Source: Somniosus microcephalus | Taxonomy: Eukaryota | Assembly: GCA_052327205.1 (NCBI GenBank) | Contig: CM126206.1 | Location: 284,580,001-284,644,000, forward strand | DNA: 64,000 nt | Direction of reading: 5' to 3' | Part shown: positions 48,391-61,779 of the stretch, in pieces | How the letters are laid out: the number at the start of each line of letters is the position of its first letter | Position numbering within the stretch: the first letter of the stretch is position 1 | The notes under the pieces: model-generated | What the model saw: only the letters and a program-made list of their open reading frames with translations | The model's database searches: none | What the model was told of the DNA's origin: nothing | Program-made: the position numbers and the translations under genes

Positions 48391-48811
48391 AATGTGTCTG
48401 TGACCCTGTACCAGCATGCCCACAAACGGTACATAGAAGTTATAACATGGAAACAGACTGTTCGGCCCAACCTGTCTCTGTTGGCATTTACCCTCCACAC
48501 AAACATCACCAATCGCTTCAGAACCGAATGGAATTGTCCTCATTTTTATTCGTCAAACTGGATGCATTCAAGGTTTGACCACAAACTTAGACACAGGAAA
48601 GACACATAATGTGTGTTTGTCTACAATTTTCAAAATGTATTAAATAATGTGCCTTCCATATAAGTAGTGGTAAAACCTCATTGGTCAGCAGCTGAGCTAA
48701 TGGCATGTGTAGCACTTTCAAGCTATTGGCATTTCTTCCAGGAGCTTCTGGAATTAGCTGTGTGTTCCTCCCACCCATTCTTACAAATATTGCTTCTTAA
48801 CTGTCTTTCAG

Positions 48812-49031
48812 GCAGCCATCCAGTCCCAGTTGGATGGAGTACGGACAGGGCTCAGCCAGCTTCACAATGCCTTGAATGATGTTAAGGACATCCAGCATTC
48901 CTTGGCAGATGTCAGTAAGGACTGGAGACAGAGCATTAATACTATAGAGAACCTGAAGGATGTCAAAGATGCTGTGGTCCAGCACAGCCAGCTGGCAGCT
49001 GCTGTAGAAAACCTGAAAAATATTTTTTCAG
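48812..49031 (+). CDS. EXOC3: EXOC3 coding exon 2
   Basis: AG|[28 protein letters not shown]...VENLKNIFS|GT; 220 nt. Confidence 0.98.
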
Positions 49032-50064
49032 GTAACTTTCAGTCTTTTTATTTTTGGCAAATGATGGTCCTCATATGAGAATTTAAACTGAAGCAGAAAA
49101 AATGCACCTAGGTTTATAATTGGATTTGAACTGCATTTCCATGACACATGTATGGTTCAGTGGGTAATGTGTGTTAAATGTTTTGGAATAACATTGTAGC
49201 GTCACCACTGGCGGAAAGGTGTAATTACAGTGTAACTAGTTTACATAGACAGTTTCCATTATAAATGCAGATATAGGAATTTTTAATGGCATTATATAAA
49301 ATTAAGGACAGATATACAACTTTAAAACAGGAACTGAATTACATCGGCATATCCCGGCCCAATTATCCCCTGCCATCTAACCCCGCTTCGCCTGAAGGCT
49401 ACACCTGGTCTTGAATTCCTGTGTGTAACGTCACAGAAGATCGACCAGTAATGGTAAAGTGCAATACCGAACAATGTTAAAATACTGCTGTGATGGCCAC
49501 CAGTGAGCGAATGTGATTCATTCTTTAATAAAAGTTACTTGACCCTCAAGATTATGAAAAAAATCATCCCGTGTAGTGCCCACATTAAATTGGGGAAGGC
49601 AATGCCACAGTGGCACAGCATGAATGAAAGAAAAATTGAATCACTCTTAGGATATCAGTTGGCATTCTTGCTACTAATGGTGCAACAATTATTTCCCCAC
49701 AATTTCTTGTACTGTTATTTCAAGGATCTATTTTTAATTCTATTTATCTATCTTGAAATATTACGCAGCAGCTCCATACTGAACAAACACTGAAGTCCAT
49801 CAGACCTTTCTGGTTTTGTTGAACTTTTTGAGCCTGCCCGTCCAAGTACTATCTAGTTGCAGGAAGACAAATTCCCACAAATGTGGGTTTTGTTCTGCAT
49901 GCAATACTACATCATAGAATCATATAGCACAGAAGGAGGCCATTCGGTCCATCATACCCATGCCGGCTCTTTGAAAGAGCTGTCCAATTAGTCCCACCCC
50001 TCTGTGGCATTGAAAATTTTTCATTTTCAAATATATAGCCAATTCCCTTTTGAAAGTTACTGAA

Positions 50065-52787
50065 CCGACCAGGGGGCAAGCAACCTTTAGATTTGGTCCT
50101 GTGTAATGAGACAGGATTAATTAAAAATGTCCTAGTAAAGGATCCCCTTGGAATGAGTGACCATAACATGGTTGAGTTCTATATTCAATTAGAGGGTGAG
50201 AAGGTTGGATCTCAAACAAGCGTGCTGAGCTTGAATAAAGGAGACTATGAAGGTATGAGAGCGGAATTGATTAGAGTGGACTGGGAAAATAGATTAAAGG
50301 GTAAGACGGTACATGATCAGTGGTGTACATTTAAGGAGTTATTTTACAACTTCCAAAAAAAATATATTCCACTGAGGAATAAAGGGTGTAAAAGAAAAGA
50401 TAGCCATCCGTGGCTAAGTAAAGTAATTAAGGATAGTATCCGACTAAAAACAAGGGCATATAAGGTAGCCAAATCTAGTGGGAGGATGGAAGATTGGGAA
50501 GTCTTTAAAAGACAGCAAAAAATAACTAAAAGATTGATTAAGAAAGGGAAGATAGATTATGAAAGTAAATTATCAAAAAGTATAAAAACAGACAGTAAAA
50601 GTTTCTATAGTTATATAAAAAGAAAAAGGGTGGCTAAAGTAAATGTTGGTCCCTTAGAGGATGAGACCGGGAAATTAATTGTGGGAAACATGGAGATGGC
50701 AAAAACACTGAACAATTATTTTGTATCAGTCTTTACAGTAGAGGACACTAAGAATATCCCAACACTGGACAAACAGGGGGCTCTAGGGGGGGAGGAACTA
50801 AATACGATTAAAATCACTAAGGAAGTGGTACTTGGTAAAATAATGGGACTCAAGGCGGATAAATCCCCTGGACCTGATGGCTTGCATCCTAGGGTCTTGA
50901 GGGAAGTAGCGGTAGGGATTGTGGATGCATTGGTAATAATTTTCCAAAACTCACTGGACTCAGCAAAGGTCCTGGCAGATTGGAAAACTGCTAATGTAAC
51001 ACCCTTATTTAAAAAGGGTAGTAGGCAGAAGGCTGGAAACTATAGACCTGTTAGCCTAACATCTGTGGTTGGTAAAATGTTAGAGTCCATTATTAAGGAG
51101 ACAGTAACGGGACATTTGGATAAACATAATTTAATAGGACAAACTCAGCATGGTTTCATGAAGGGGAAGTCATGTTTGACAAATTTGCTGGAGTTTTTTG
51201 AGGAAGTAACATACAGGGTGGATAAAGGGGAACCAGTGGACGTAGTGTATTTAGACTTCCAAAAGGCATTTGACAAGGTGCCACACAAAAGATTATTGCT
51301 CAAGATAAAAAATCACGGGATTGGGGGTAATATTCTGGCGTGGGTGGAGGATTGGCTTTCTAACAGAAAGCAGAGAGTTGGGATAAATGGTTCGTTCTCA
51401 GATTGGCAACCAGTAACTAGTGGTGTTCCGCAGGGGTCAGTGCTGGGTCCCCAACTCTTTACAATCTATATTAACGATTTGGAGGAGGGGATCGAGTGTA
51501 ACATATCAAAGTTTGCAGATGATACAAAGATGGGACGGAAAGTAGTGAGTGAGGAGGACATAAAAAACCTGCAAAGGGACATAGAAAGGCTAAGTAAGTG
51601 GGCAGAGATTTGGCAGATGGAATACAATACTGGAAAGTGTGAGGTTATGCACTTTGGCAGGAAAAATCATAGAGCAAGTTATATCTTAATGGCAAGAAAC
51701 TGGAAAGTACTGTAGTACAAAGGGATCTGGGGGTCCTGGTGCACGAAACTCAAAAAGTTAGTATGCAGGTGCAGCAAGTGATCAAGAAGGCCAGTGGAAT
51801 GTTGCCTTTTATTGCTAGGGGGATGGAATATAAAAACAGGGAGGTATTGCTGCAGTTGTACAAGGTATTGGTGAGACCGCACCTGGAATACTGCGTACAG
51901 TTTTGGTGTCCATACTTAAGAAAAGACATACTTGCTCTCGAGTCAGTACAAAGAAGGTTCACTCGGTTAATCCCGGGGATGAGGGGGTGGTCATATGAGG
52001 AGAGGTTGAGTAGATTGTACTCTACTCATTGGAGTTCAGAAGAATGAGAGGCGATCTTATTGAAACATAGAAGATTGTGAAGGGGCTTGATCGGGTGGAT
52101 GCGGTGAGGATGTTCCCAATGATGGATGAAACTAGAACTAGGGGGCATAATCTTAAAATAAGGGGCTGTTCTTTCAAAACTGAGATGAGGAGAAACTTCT
52201 TCACTCAGAGGGTGGTAGGTTTGTGGAATTTGTTGCCCCAGAAAGCTGTGGAAGCTACAGCATTAAATAAATTTAAAACAGAAATAGATAGTTTCCTAGA
52301 AGTAAAGGGAATTAAGGGTTACGGGGAGCGGGCAGGAAATTGGACATGAGTCTAGGTTCGGAATGGTCATGGCTCTGTGGGTAGTGGAGTGGGCCCAGGG
52401 GCCGTGTAGCCTGGTTCCGCTCCTACTGTGTTCTAATTCTGCGTTAGATTTCAGGAGATGGTTTTATCCCTGTTCCTGGCTGGGGTGGAGATCGCCTTTA
52501 CAGAAGGTAAGTACTGTAGAAAATATAGGGACAGAGTGATCTCCTGGAAGAATTTCGATCGCCTAGATGGGTCGGAGAGGAATTTCCCAGATTTTTTTCT
52601 CCCAAATTGGCCATTGGGTCTTTATCTGGTTTTTCGCCTCTCCCGGGAGATCACATGGGTTCGGGTGGATGCAGAGTGATAGAAGATTTGAGGTTAGGAT
52701 CAGATCAGCCATGATCTTATTGAATGGTGGAGCAGGCTCGAGGGGCCGATTGGCCTACTCCTGCTCCTATTTCTTATGTTCTTATGA
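50065..52787 (+). mobile_element. CR1 LINE (EN C-terminus, RT, long 3' UTR) inserted into an older minus-strand CR1 3' end (49912-50062 and 52788-53150)
   Basis: ORF 50093-51715 with SDH, KSPGPDG, NYRPVSL, FADDTK; ends in the ttcttatgttcttatg tail. Confidence 0.95.
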
Positions 52788-53443
52788 ATCTGCTTCGATC
52801 ACCCTTTCAGGCAGTGCGTTCCAGATCATAGTGTAAAAAAAACCTCTCCTCATCTCCTCTCCGGTTCTTTTGCCAATTATCTTAAATCTGTGTCCTCTGG
52901 TTTCACCCTCCTACCAGTGAAAACAGTTTCTCTTTATTTACTCTATCAAAACCTCTGATAATTTTGAACACCTATACTAAATCTCCCCTTCTCCTTCTCT
53001 AAGGAGAACAATCCAAGCTTCTCTAGTCTCTCCACATAACTGAAGTCCCTCATCCCTGGCATCATAATGGTAAATCTCTGCATCCTTCCTAAAGTGTGGT
53101 GCCCAGAATTGGACACCGCACTCCAGCTGAGGCCTAACCAGTGATTTATAAATGTAATTTATTTATTTGCTACTTTTTATTTATGGATAGGATGGATACT
53201 GTTGGCTTTTTAAAAATTGTTTTGAGGATTTGATTAGTTTTTGGGGATGTGCAACCGTATTGCTCCAGTCCCCACAAAGAATTTGTAGAATAGCCATTAA
53301 AATGCAGCTCTAGTCACGATGTCTCTGGGCCAACTGTGTAGTTTTACTATAGCAAAATACTGCGGATGCTGGAAATCTGAACTAACAACAGAAAATGCTG
53401 GAAATACTCAGCAGGCCAGGCAGCATCCGTGGAGAGAGAAAAA

Positions 53444-53483
53444 GAGTTAACGTTTCAGGTCTGGGGCCCTTCATCAGAACTGG
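53444..53483 (-). ncRNA. Minimal type-I hammerhead ribozyme motif in a Penelope-type repeat (53350-53680)
   Basis: Minus strand: AGTT-CTGATGA-AGG gccccaga CCT-GAAA-CG-TT-AACT; stem I AGTT/AACT; palindromic ACGT stem III. Confidence 0.6.
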
Positions 53484-54817
53484 AAAAAGCTGGAGATGTA
53501 ACAGATATTAAGCAGGTGCAGAGGGTGGGGGGAGGAAGGAATTGAAGGAACAGTCTGTGCTTCTGTAAGAGGCAGGAAAGATAAAATGTTGCAAATGGGA
53601 ATGGCAAAATCATACAGCATGCAAAATGGTGGCAGGGGTTATAGTTTGAAATTATTGAACTCAATGTTGAGTCCAGAAAAATGTGTAGTTTTACTGTTTT
53701 AGTATATGTGTATAGATCCCTTCCACATCACAAGTGCACCACTGATCACCAGGGCAAAAAAAATCAATGAGATGTGTTCATTGCCAGGAGTTAGTCATTG
53801 GCGATGGGAGATACCCCTCTGTTTATATTCCCCACATGACTTTCTCCTCGGGCAGTTTACCAACTGCACAGAGACAGTGAACACACCACTTGCTCCCAAG
53901 CCTCTGAAATGTTACTGTTGAACTGGCAGATAGGAAATGTGCAAGAACAACCCACTAATGCTGTTCTATCTTCCTGCTGAGCACCTGCCCACAATTGGAT
54001 GAATAGCAACTGAGTAGATTGGGGAATCGTGGGCACAAACTCACCTCACCATTCCATGACACCATCTATAGCCAGCTTTCCTCATATACTGGAGGGACAG
54101 TTAGATTTAGGTAGGATTAAATTTTGCAACATTGCAGCAAGATATGTTCAAACACTGTTCAATGCCCATCTTTGCAAACACATTTAGACCTGTGGTTATA
54201 AATTCAGCTACTCTCACAAGCAAGTGTCTGTAGACAGCTTGGAATCGGGCAGGTTTCTATTAAGGAAAAAAATGAAATCCTGTGCATTGAGCGCATCCAA
54301 AAATATAACCCAGTGGGAAAAGAATTACTGTTTTTAAAGCATTGTGAATGCATTCTCTCTACAACCCCTTCCATCCCATATTGTCATAATGAGACACGAA
54401 CCTTGGAAAAAAGCAACAGACTCATGAAATAAATGCAAGTGTGTTGTAAACAGGGAGGTTAACTGCCATTGGGAATAAATAAAATGTGTCTCAGCTTGCA
54501 TTGTTTGAACTTTTTATTTTATTTAGCAGCATATAAATTTACAGCACAGAAGGAGGCTGTTTGGCCCATCGTGTCTTTGCTGGCTTCAAAAATTAACCAA
54601 ATTTTCCTTAAAAGATGTAATGGTCTCTACCTTAATCCTCTAAAGAAATTTATCCTAACCCCTCTCCTCACTGTCTTAGTAAAAGATTTGCAAAACATTA
54701 TTTGAAATTATGATCCTCATTGAAAAGATTTTTCTCTGTTTGTATTCTTGTGGAGCAATATTACTGCCAACCCAGTGACCATACACCAGCTAAAGCTCCT
54801 TCTTGTCTGGCTTTCAG

Positions 54818-55499
54818 TTCCAGAGATTGTGCAAGAGGCCTGTGAACTGATTGAACGAGGAGAGCTGCTTTTAGCCCATCGAAAGCTGATGGACCTGGAG
54901 TGTTCCCGCGATGACCTTATGTATGAGCAGTATCGTATGGATAGCAAGAACACGCATGACATGAAACTCATCCAGGCCTACTTCACTGAGGTGCAGAACC
55001 TCTCGGAGCAAATGGGAAAGCAGATCTGGATGCTGGTGCAAAGGTCTTCGGTAACGGTCCGCAGTGATCCAGCCCAGGTCGTCTCAATGATTCGAATCAT
55101 TGAGAGAGAGGAAAAAATTGATAAGCGGATGCTTGACCGGCAGAAACAGACAGGGTTCATTCCTCCCGGCAGACCAAAAAGATGGAAAGCCAAGTTGTTT
55201 GCGGTGCTAGAACAGACTGTTGCCAATCGGATTGAGGCCAGTCAGTCCGATACGCGGGAGCTAGACAAAATGTGGCTTGTGCGTCACCTGGAGCTCACGC
55301 GCAAGTATGTTCTTGAGGACTTGCTGGTCATGAAGAACTTGATGGCGCAGTGTTTTCCTCCTCACTACAACATCTTCAAAATACTTCAGAATTTGTATCA
55401 CCAGGGACTAGTGGCTCGTGTGGAGGAACTTGCCTCCGAGGATTTGGAGGCCAATGAAATTGTTTCACTTCTGACCTGGGTTCTAAATACATATCACAG
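54818..55499 (+). CDS. EXOC3: EXOC3 coding exon 3
   Basis: VPEIVQE...AHRKLMDLECSRDDLMYEQYRMD...PPGRPKRWK...EANEIVSLLTWVLNTY; 682 nt with AG/GT boundaries. Confidence 0.98.
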
Positions 55500-55696
55500 G
55501 TAAGAGTTTAATTTGACGATGCACGACTGCATGTGGGGTATAAAACTGCAGCTTCCCTCCTGTGATTTCTCCCAGTATGGTGAGTTCCCATTCTGACCCA
55601 CGTCATCAGAGTGTCGGGAGTTGCAGAAATTTCCTGGTTGGTGGGGAAAACCGGAAGAAAATTAGAGGCGCGTCCCTGTGGGACCAAAAATATATA

Positions 55697-56038
55697 CAGG
55701 AAACTTTGGTTTATCCGGAGGTTGTATGTCCGGAAACCTCGATCTAACGGCAGAAATCAGCAGCCGTTTTGTTAGGTTTTTTTACTTTTTTTTTCTTCTA
55801 GCATTTTTTTTAAACAGTCAGTCTCTGGAAAGCCTCTCTGAAGCTGTTGCTAAGCTACAGAGACGCTTCCAAGGTACGGGCCGACTGTTTACAAGCTGTT
55901 GCTAAGCAACAGTGTTTGTTGTCAGATACGGAGATGAAAACCTCCGTATCCTTCAACATTAGCGCTGGTCTGTCCGGAAGTTTTCATAGATCGGCATCAC
56001 GCCGGTCCCGTCGGTGCCGGATATCGCGAAGTTTCCTG
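55697..56038. mobile_element. pogo/Tigger-like MITE (same family as 21246-21579)
   Basis: TA|CAGGAAAC...GTTTCCTG|TA; contains GTTGCTAAGCTAC and GTTGCTAAGCAAC. Confidence 0.7.
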
Positions 56039-56704
56039 TAATGCATTCAAAAAACATTACATTTACAGGCTGATTAGGGCTGTTGCTGAGGTGATTTTTG
56101 ACACAAAAGCAGAAAATGCTGGAAATATTTTCAGGCAGCATCCATGGAGAAAACAGATGACTTATCGTTTTAGGTTAACTGAAGGATCTTACGAGCATTT
56201 AAAAAAGGAATAAAACAAAGGGAAGGGGGAGGGAAAAACACATATGCATGAGAAAATAGAACTAACTTTAAAATGCTTCAGTGGGAAAGAGGAGATGGTT
56301 AAATAGCGAAGTGATATTAGCCTGAGGCAGTAGGAGGCAGAATGAGAGAGAAATCAAAGACATTATAGGTGCAGAATGTGGGGGATGAGGTAGGTAGGGG
56401 CGGAAGCATGAAAAACTGTCAAAGCGGAGCAGGCTTCAGCGGCTCAGGGTTCTGGGAGAAGAAAAATGCCGGTTGATAACAAGGGTGCAGACCGCTCCAC
56501 CAACACCGTGCCTCGAGGTATTTTTGACTCCTGGTGAAGGTATCAAAGCTGTCAGGCTATACTGGGATTCTCAAATTCTGATTAATTCTTGTTGGATTGA
56601 GCTGATTTTCAGCTTCCCCAGTCTTGTTCCATGGATACAGTGAAGAAAACCTGCAGAAGGCTTTACTAAAATTCCAATAAAGAGAAGTACAAGGTCAGAC
56701 ACAA

Positions 56705-57430
56705 CATAGGAACGTAGGAACAGGAGTAGGCCATTCAGCCCCTCGAGCCTGTTCATCCATAGAAACAGGAGTAGGCCATTTAGCCCCTCGAGCCTGTTCA
56801 TCCATAGAAACAGGAATAGGCCATTCAGCTCCTCAAGCCTGTTCTGCCATAGAAACAGGAATAGGCCATTCTGCCCCTTGAGCCTGTTATGCCATAGGAA
56901 CAGGGGTAGGCCATTCAGCCCCTCGAGCCTGTTCCGCCATTCATTTAGATCATTGATGATTTGTACCTCAATTCCATTTACCCACCTTAGTTCCATATCC
57001 CTTAATACCCTTACCTAACAAAAATCTATCAATCTCAGTCTTAATATTTGACCCCTAGCCTCAACATCTTTTCGGGGGGGAGTGATTTCCACTCCCCTTT
57101 GTGTGACGAAGTACTTCCTGACATCAGCCCAGCTCTAATTTTAAGGTTATGCCCCCTTGTCCTGGACTCTCCACCAGAGGAAATAGTTATCTCTACCCTA
57201 TCAAATCTTTTGATCATCTTAAACGCCTCAATTAGATCATCCATACTTAAGGGAAAACAAACCTAGTCTATGCAGCCTGTCCTCATAATTTAGCCCGATT
57301 AGCCTCAGTATCATTCTGGCGAATCTGTGCTGCACCCCGTCCAAGGTCAGTATATGCTTCCTGAGGTGTGTCCAGAACTGAACGCCGTACTCCAGATGCA
57401 GTCTAACCAGAGCTTTATCCAATTGTAGCA
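56705..57430 (-). mobile_element. CR1 3' fragment with five tandem 45-bp copies of the terminal motif
   Basis: catagaaacaggagtaggccatttagcccctcgagcctgttcatc repeated five times at 56713-56940. Confidence 0.88.
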
Positions 57431-57548
57431 TAAAGCTGCCAGACTTTATCAGCTCTGCTTGTTCAATTTAAACTTTCCTGAATTTCTGCTGTTGAAATTT
57501 TGTTTCTAATTGAATTCTGTGTTACATTCCGATGTCTTTGCTGTACAG

Positions 57549-57666
57549 TGGGGATATGATGGGACACCCAGACCTAGCTCCAGAGGTGGATGTGAAGACC
57601 CTGGAACCCTTACTGTCGAGTGATGTGGCCAATATGCTTCTCAGCAAATACATGACGACCCTTACT
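57549..57666 (+). CDS. EXOC3: EXOC3 coding exon 4 (gene continues beyond the window)
   Basis: AG|(S)GDMMGHPDLAPEVDVKTLEPLLSSDVANMLLSKYMTTLT|GTGAGT; 118 nt, in phase. Confidence 0.95.
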
Positions 57667-58097
57667 GTGAGTGCACCGCTACACCCTTTCTGAAAACATA
57701 AAGATTTATGGTGCATTTTCCACAACTTTTTCTTGTTGTATAGTCAGTGTCTGGATGAAGAAACAAAAATACACCTTGGCCTTTTTGCAAATGTAACAGA
57801 TGGTGTAAAACTGATTGTGTGTGTCTGGGCACCACTTGCCACAAAATTTTAACTGACAGCCAAAGTCCAACAATAGAGCACATTTATATTTAAAAAAAAC
57901 CTTCCTCCCTATCATTGCAGAATACTGTGCTGTTACTAGTTAATGAATATCTGGGACGGGGAACGATTATTGACTTGATCTTGGTGTGGAGTTGTATGAA
58001 AATCTCTTTATTCTGTGCACCAAGAGGACGCTAGTATAAAATCGGTGGGTGAGGGTGGATTAGATTTCACACTTTTTGTAACCTGCGCCATTTGACT

Positions 58098-61000
58098 TAG
58101 AAACATAGAAACATAGAAGATAGGAGCAGGCGTAGGCCATTCGGCCCTTCAAGCCTGCTCCGCCATTCAATGAGATCATGGCTGATCATCCCAATTCAGT
58201 ACCCTGGCCCTGCCTTCTCCCCATATCCCTTGATCCCTTTAGCCTTAAGAAATATATCCAACTCCTTCTTGAATATATTTAATGAACTGGCCTCCACCGC
58301 CCTCTGTGGCAGAGAATTCCACAGGTTCACCACTCTTTGGGTAAAGAAATTCCTCCTCATTTCAGTCCTAAATGGCTTACCCCTTATCCTTAGACTATGA
58401 CCCCCTGGTTCTGGACTCCCCGGCCATCGGAAACATCCTTCCTGCATCTAGTCTGTCCAGGCCAGACAGAATTTTATAGGTTTCGATGAGATCCCCTCTC
58501 AATCTTCTAAACTCCAGTGAGTATAAGCCCAATCGACACAATCTCTCCTCATACGTCATTCCTGCCATCCCAGGTATCAGCCTGGTGAATCTTCGCTGCA
58601 CTCCTTCCATGGCAAGAACGTCCTTCCTCAGACAAGGCGACCAAAACTGCACACAATACTCAAGGTGTGGTCTCACCAAGGCCCTGTACAACTGCAGCAA
58701 GACATCCTTGTTCCTGTACTCGAACCCTCTTGCTACGAAGGCCAACATACCATTTGCCTTCTTAACCGCCTGCTGCACCTGCATGCTTACCTTCAGCGAC
58801 TGGTGCACAAGAACACCCAGGTCTCTTTGCACTTCCCCTTCTCCCAATCTATTGCCATTCAAATAATAATCTGCCTTCCTGTTTTTGCCACCAAAGTGGA
58901 TAACCTCACATTTATCCACATTATAGTGCATTTGCCATGTTTCTGCCCAATCACCCAACCTGTCCAAATCGTACTGGAGTTTCACGACATCCTCCTCACA
59001 GCATACCCTCCCACCCAGCTTTGTGTCGTCTGCAAATTTGGAGATATTACATCCAATTCCCTCGTCCAGATCATTAATGTATATTGTGAACAGCTGGGGT
59101 CCTAGGACCGATCCTTGCGGTACCCCACTAGTCACTGCCTGCCACTCGGAAAACGACCCGTTTATTCCAACTCTCTGCTTTCTATCCGCCAACCAGTTCT
59201 CTATCCAAGTCAATACCTTGCCCCCAATCCCATGTGCCTTAATTTTGCACGCTAATCTCTTATGCGGGACCTTATCGAAAGACTTCTGAAAGTCCAATTA
59301 CACCACATCCACCGGTTCTCCCTTATTTATTTTACCAGTTACATCCTCAAAAAATTCCAGTAGATTAGTCAAGCACGATTTACCTTTTGTAAATCCATGT
59401 TGACTTTGTCCGATCCTGTCGCTGCTTTCCAGGTGCTCTGCTATTACATCTTTTATAATGGACTCTTAACATTTTTCCCACTATTGATGTCAGGCTTACC
59501 GGTCTATAATTCCCCGCTTTTTCTCTACCACCTTTTTTGAATAGTGGGGTAACATTAGCTACCCTCCAATCCATGGGTACTGTTCCAGAGTCTATCGAGT
59601 TCTGGAAGATGACCAGCAATGCATCTACTATTTCTAGGGCCACTTCCTTAAGTACCCTAGGATGTAGATTATCAGGCCCTGTGGATTTATCGGCCTTCAG
59701 TCCCATCAATTTTCCTAACACCATTTCCCTACAAATACTGATTTCTTTCAGTTCCACCCTTTCATCAGACCCTATGTTCCCCGGCATCTCTGGGAGGCTG
59801 TTTGTGTCCTCCTTTGTGAATACAGAACCAAAATGTGTATTTAGTTGGTCTGCCATTTCTTTGTTCCCCATTATAAATTCCCCTGATTCTGACTGCAAGG
59901 GACCTACGCTTGACTTCACCAATCTTTTTCTCTTCACATATCTATAAAAGCTTTTACAGTCAGTTTTTATGTTCTCTGCAAGCTTACTCTCATATTCTAT
60001 TTTCCCCTTCTTAATTAATCCCTTTGTCCTCCTTTGTTGAATCCTAAACTGCTCCCAATCCTCAGGATTATTGCTTTTTCTGGCCAATTTATATGTCCTC
60101 TCCTTGGATCTTATGCTATCCCTAATTTCCCTTGTTAGCCACGGTTGAGTCACCTTTTTTTGTTTTATTTTTATGCCAAACTGGAATGAACAAATTCTGT
60201 AGTTCATCCATTCGGTCTTTGAATGTTTGCCATTGCCTATCCACCGTCAACCCTTTGAGTGACATTCTCCAATCAATCCTACCCAACTCGCTCCTCAGAC
60301 CATCGTAGTTTCCTTTATTTAAATTTAGGACCCTAGTCTCTGAGTCAACTACTTCATTCTCCATCTTAATGAAGAATTCGATCATATTATGATCGCTCCG
60401 ACCCAAGGGGCCTCGTACAACAAGATTGCTAATTAATCCTTTCTCGTTACATAATACCCAGTCTAAGATGGCCTGATCTCTGGTTGGTTCCTCGACATGT
60501 TGGTCCAGGAAACCATCCCGTAAACACTCCAGGAATTCCTCCTCCACAGTATTGTTACTGATTTGGTTAGCCCAATCTATATGTAGATTAAAGTCACCCA
60601 TGATGACTGCTGTGCCCTTATTGTACGCTTCTTTAATTTCCCTTTTAATGCCATCCCAACCTCCACGTTACTGTTTGGAGGTCTGTATACCACTCCCACT
60701 AACGCTTTCTGCCCCTTAGTATTTCTCAATTCTATCCATACAGATTCCACATCATCAGAGCTAATATCCTTCCTTACAATTGTGTTAATCCCTTCTTTAA
60801 CCAGTAATGCTACCCCACCTCCCATTCCTTTTTGCCTATCTTTCCTGAATATCGAATACCCCTGGATGTTGAGTTCCCAGCCTTGGCCATCCTTGAGCCA
60901 CGTTTCCGTAATCCCAACCAAATCATATTCGTTTACCTCTATTTGCGCAGCCAATTCATCCACCTTATTACGAATGCTCCTCGCATTAAGACACAAAGCC

Positions 61001-61628
61001 TTCAGGCTTGTTTTTTTAATGCTCTTAGACCTATTAGAATTATTATTTACTGTGGCCACGTTTGATTTAAACCGTTAGTTTCTCTGACTGCCACTTTTGT
61101 TTTTCTCCTTCCTATCTTTTGCTTTTATCCTTGTTTCCCTTTCCTCTGTCTCCCTGCTCAGGTTCCCGTCTCCCTGCTCAGGTTCCCAACCCCCTGCCAT
61201 TTTAGTTTAAACCCTCCCCCAGAGCACTAGCAAACACTCCCCCTAGGACATCAGTTCCAGCCCTGCCCAGGTGCAAACTGTCCGGTTTGAACTGGTCCCA
61301 CCTCCCCCCAGAACCAGTTCCAATGTCCCAGGAACTTGAATCCCCCCCCTTGCACCATTCCTCTAGCCATGTATTCATCTGAAATATCCTTCTATTTCTA
61401 CTCTGACTAGCACGTGGCACTGGTAGCAATCCTGAGATTACTACCTTTTGAGGTCCTATTTTTTAAATTTACCTCCTAACTCCCTATATTCCGCTTTTAG
61501 GACCTCATCCCGCTTTTTACCTATATCGTTGGTGCCTATATGCACCACGACAGCTGGCTGTTCACCCTCCCCTTCCAAGATGTTCTGCAGCCGCTCTGAG
61601 ACATCCTTGACCCTTGCACCAGGGAGGC
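58098..61628 (-). mobile_element. Near full-length CR1 LINE (ORF1 C-terminal remnant, frameshifted EN-RT ORF2)
   Basis: ORF1-like remnant 61202-61628; EN LNARSIRNK/GITETW/YRPP/GDFN at 61059-60122; RT 60207-58196; (catagaaa) tail. Confidence 0.96.
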
Positions 61629-61779
61629 AACTTCTTTGTCTTCTGTTTCTGTGTTTATTTTTAAACAGGCTGCCTCCTTGCTATACTTTTCTTATTTTTA
61701 AGTAAATAAAGCACTGTGATGGCAAGTGGGAATTCACAGTGAAACATTAAGAGTTTGTGCTAGAATCATCTATTCTTAA

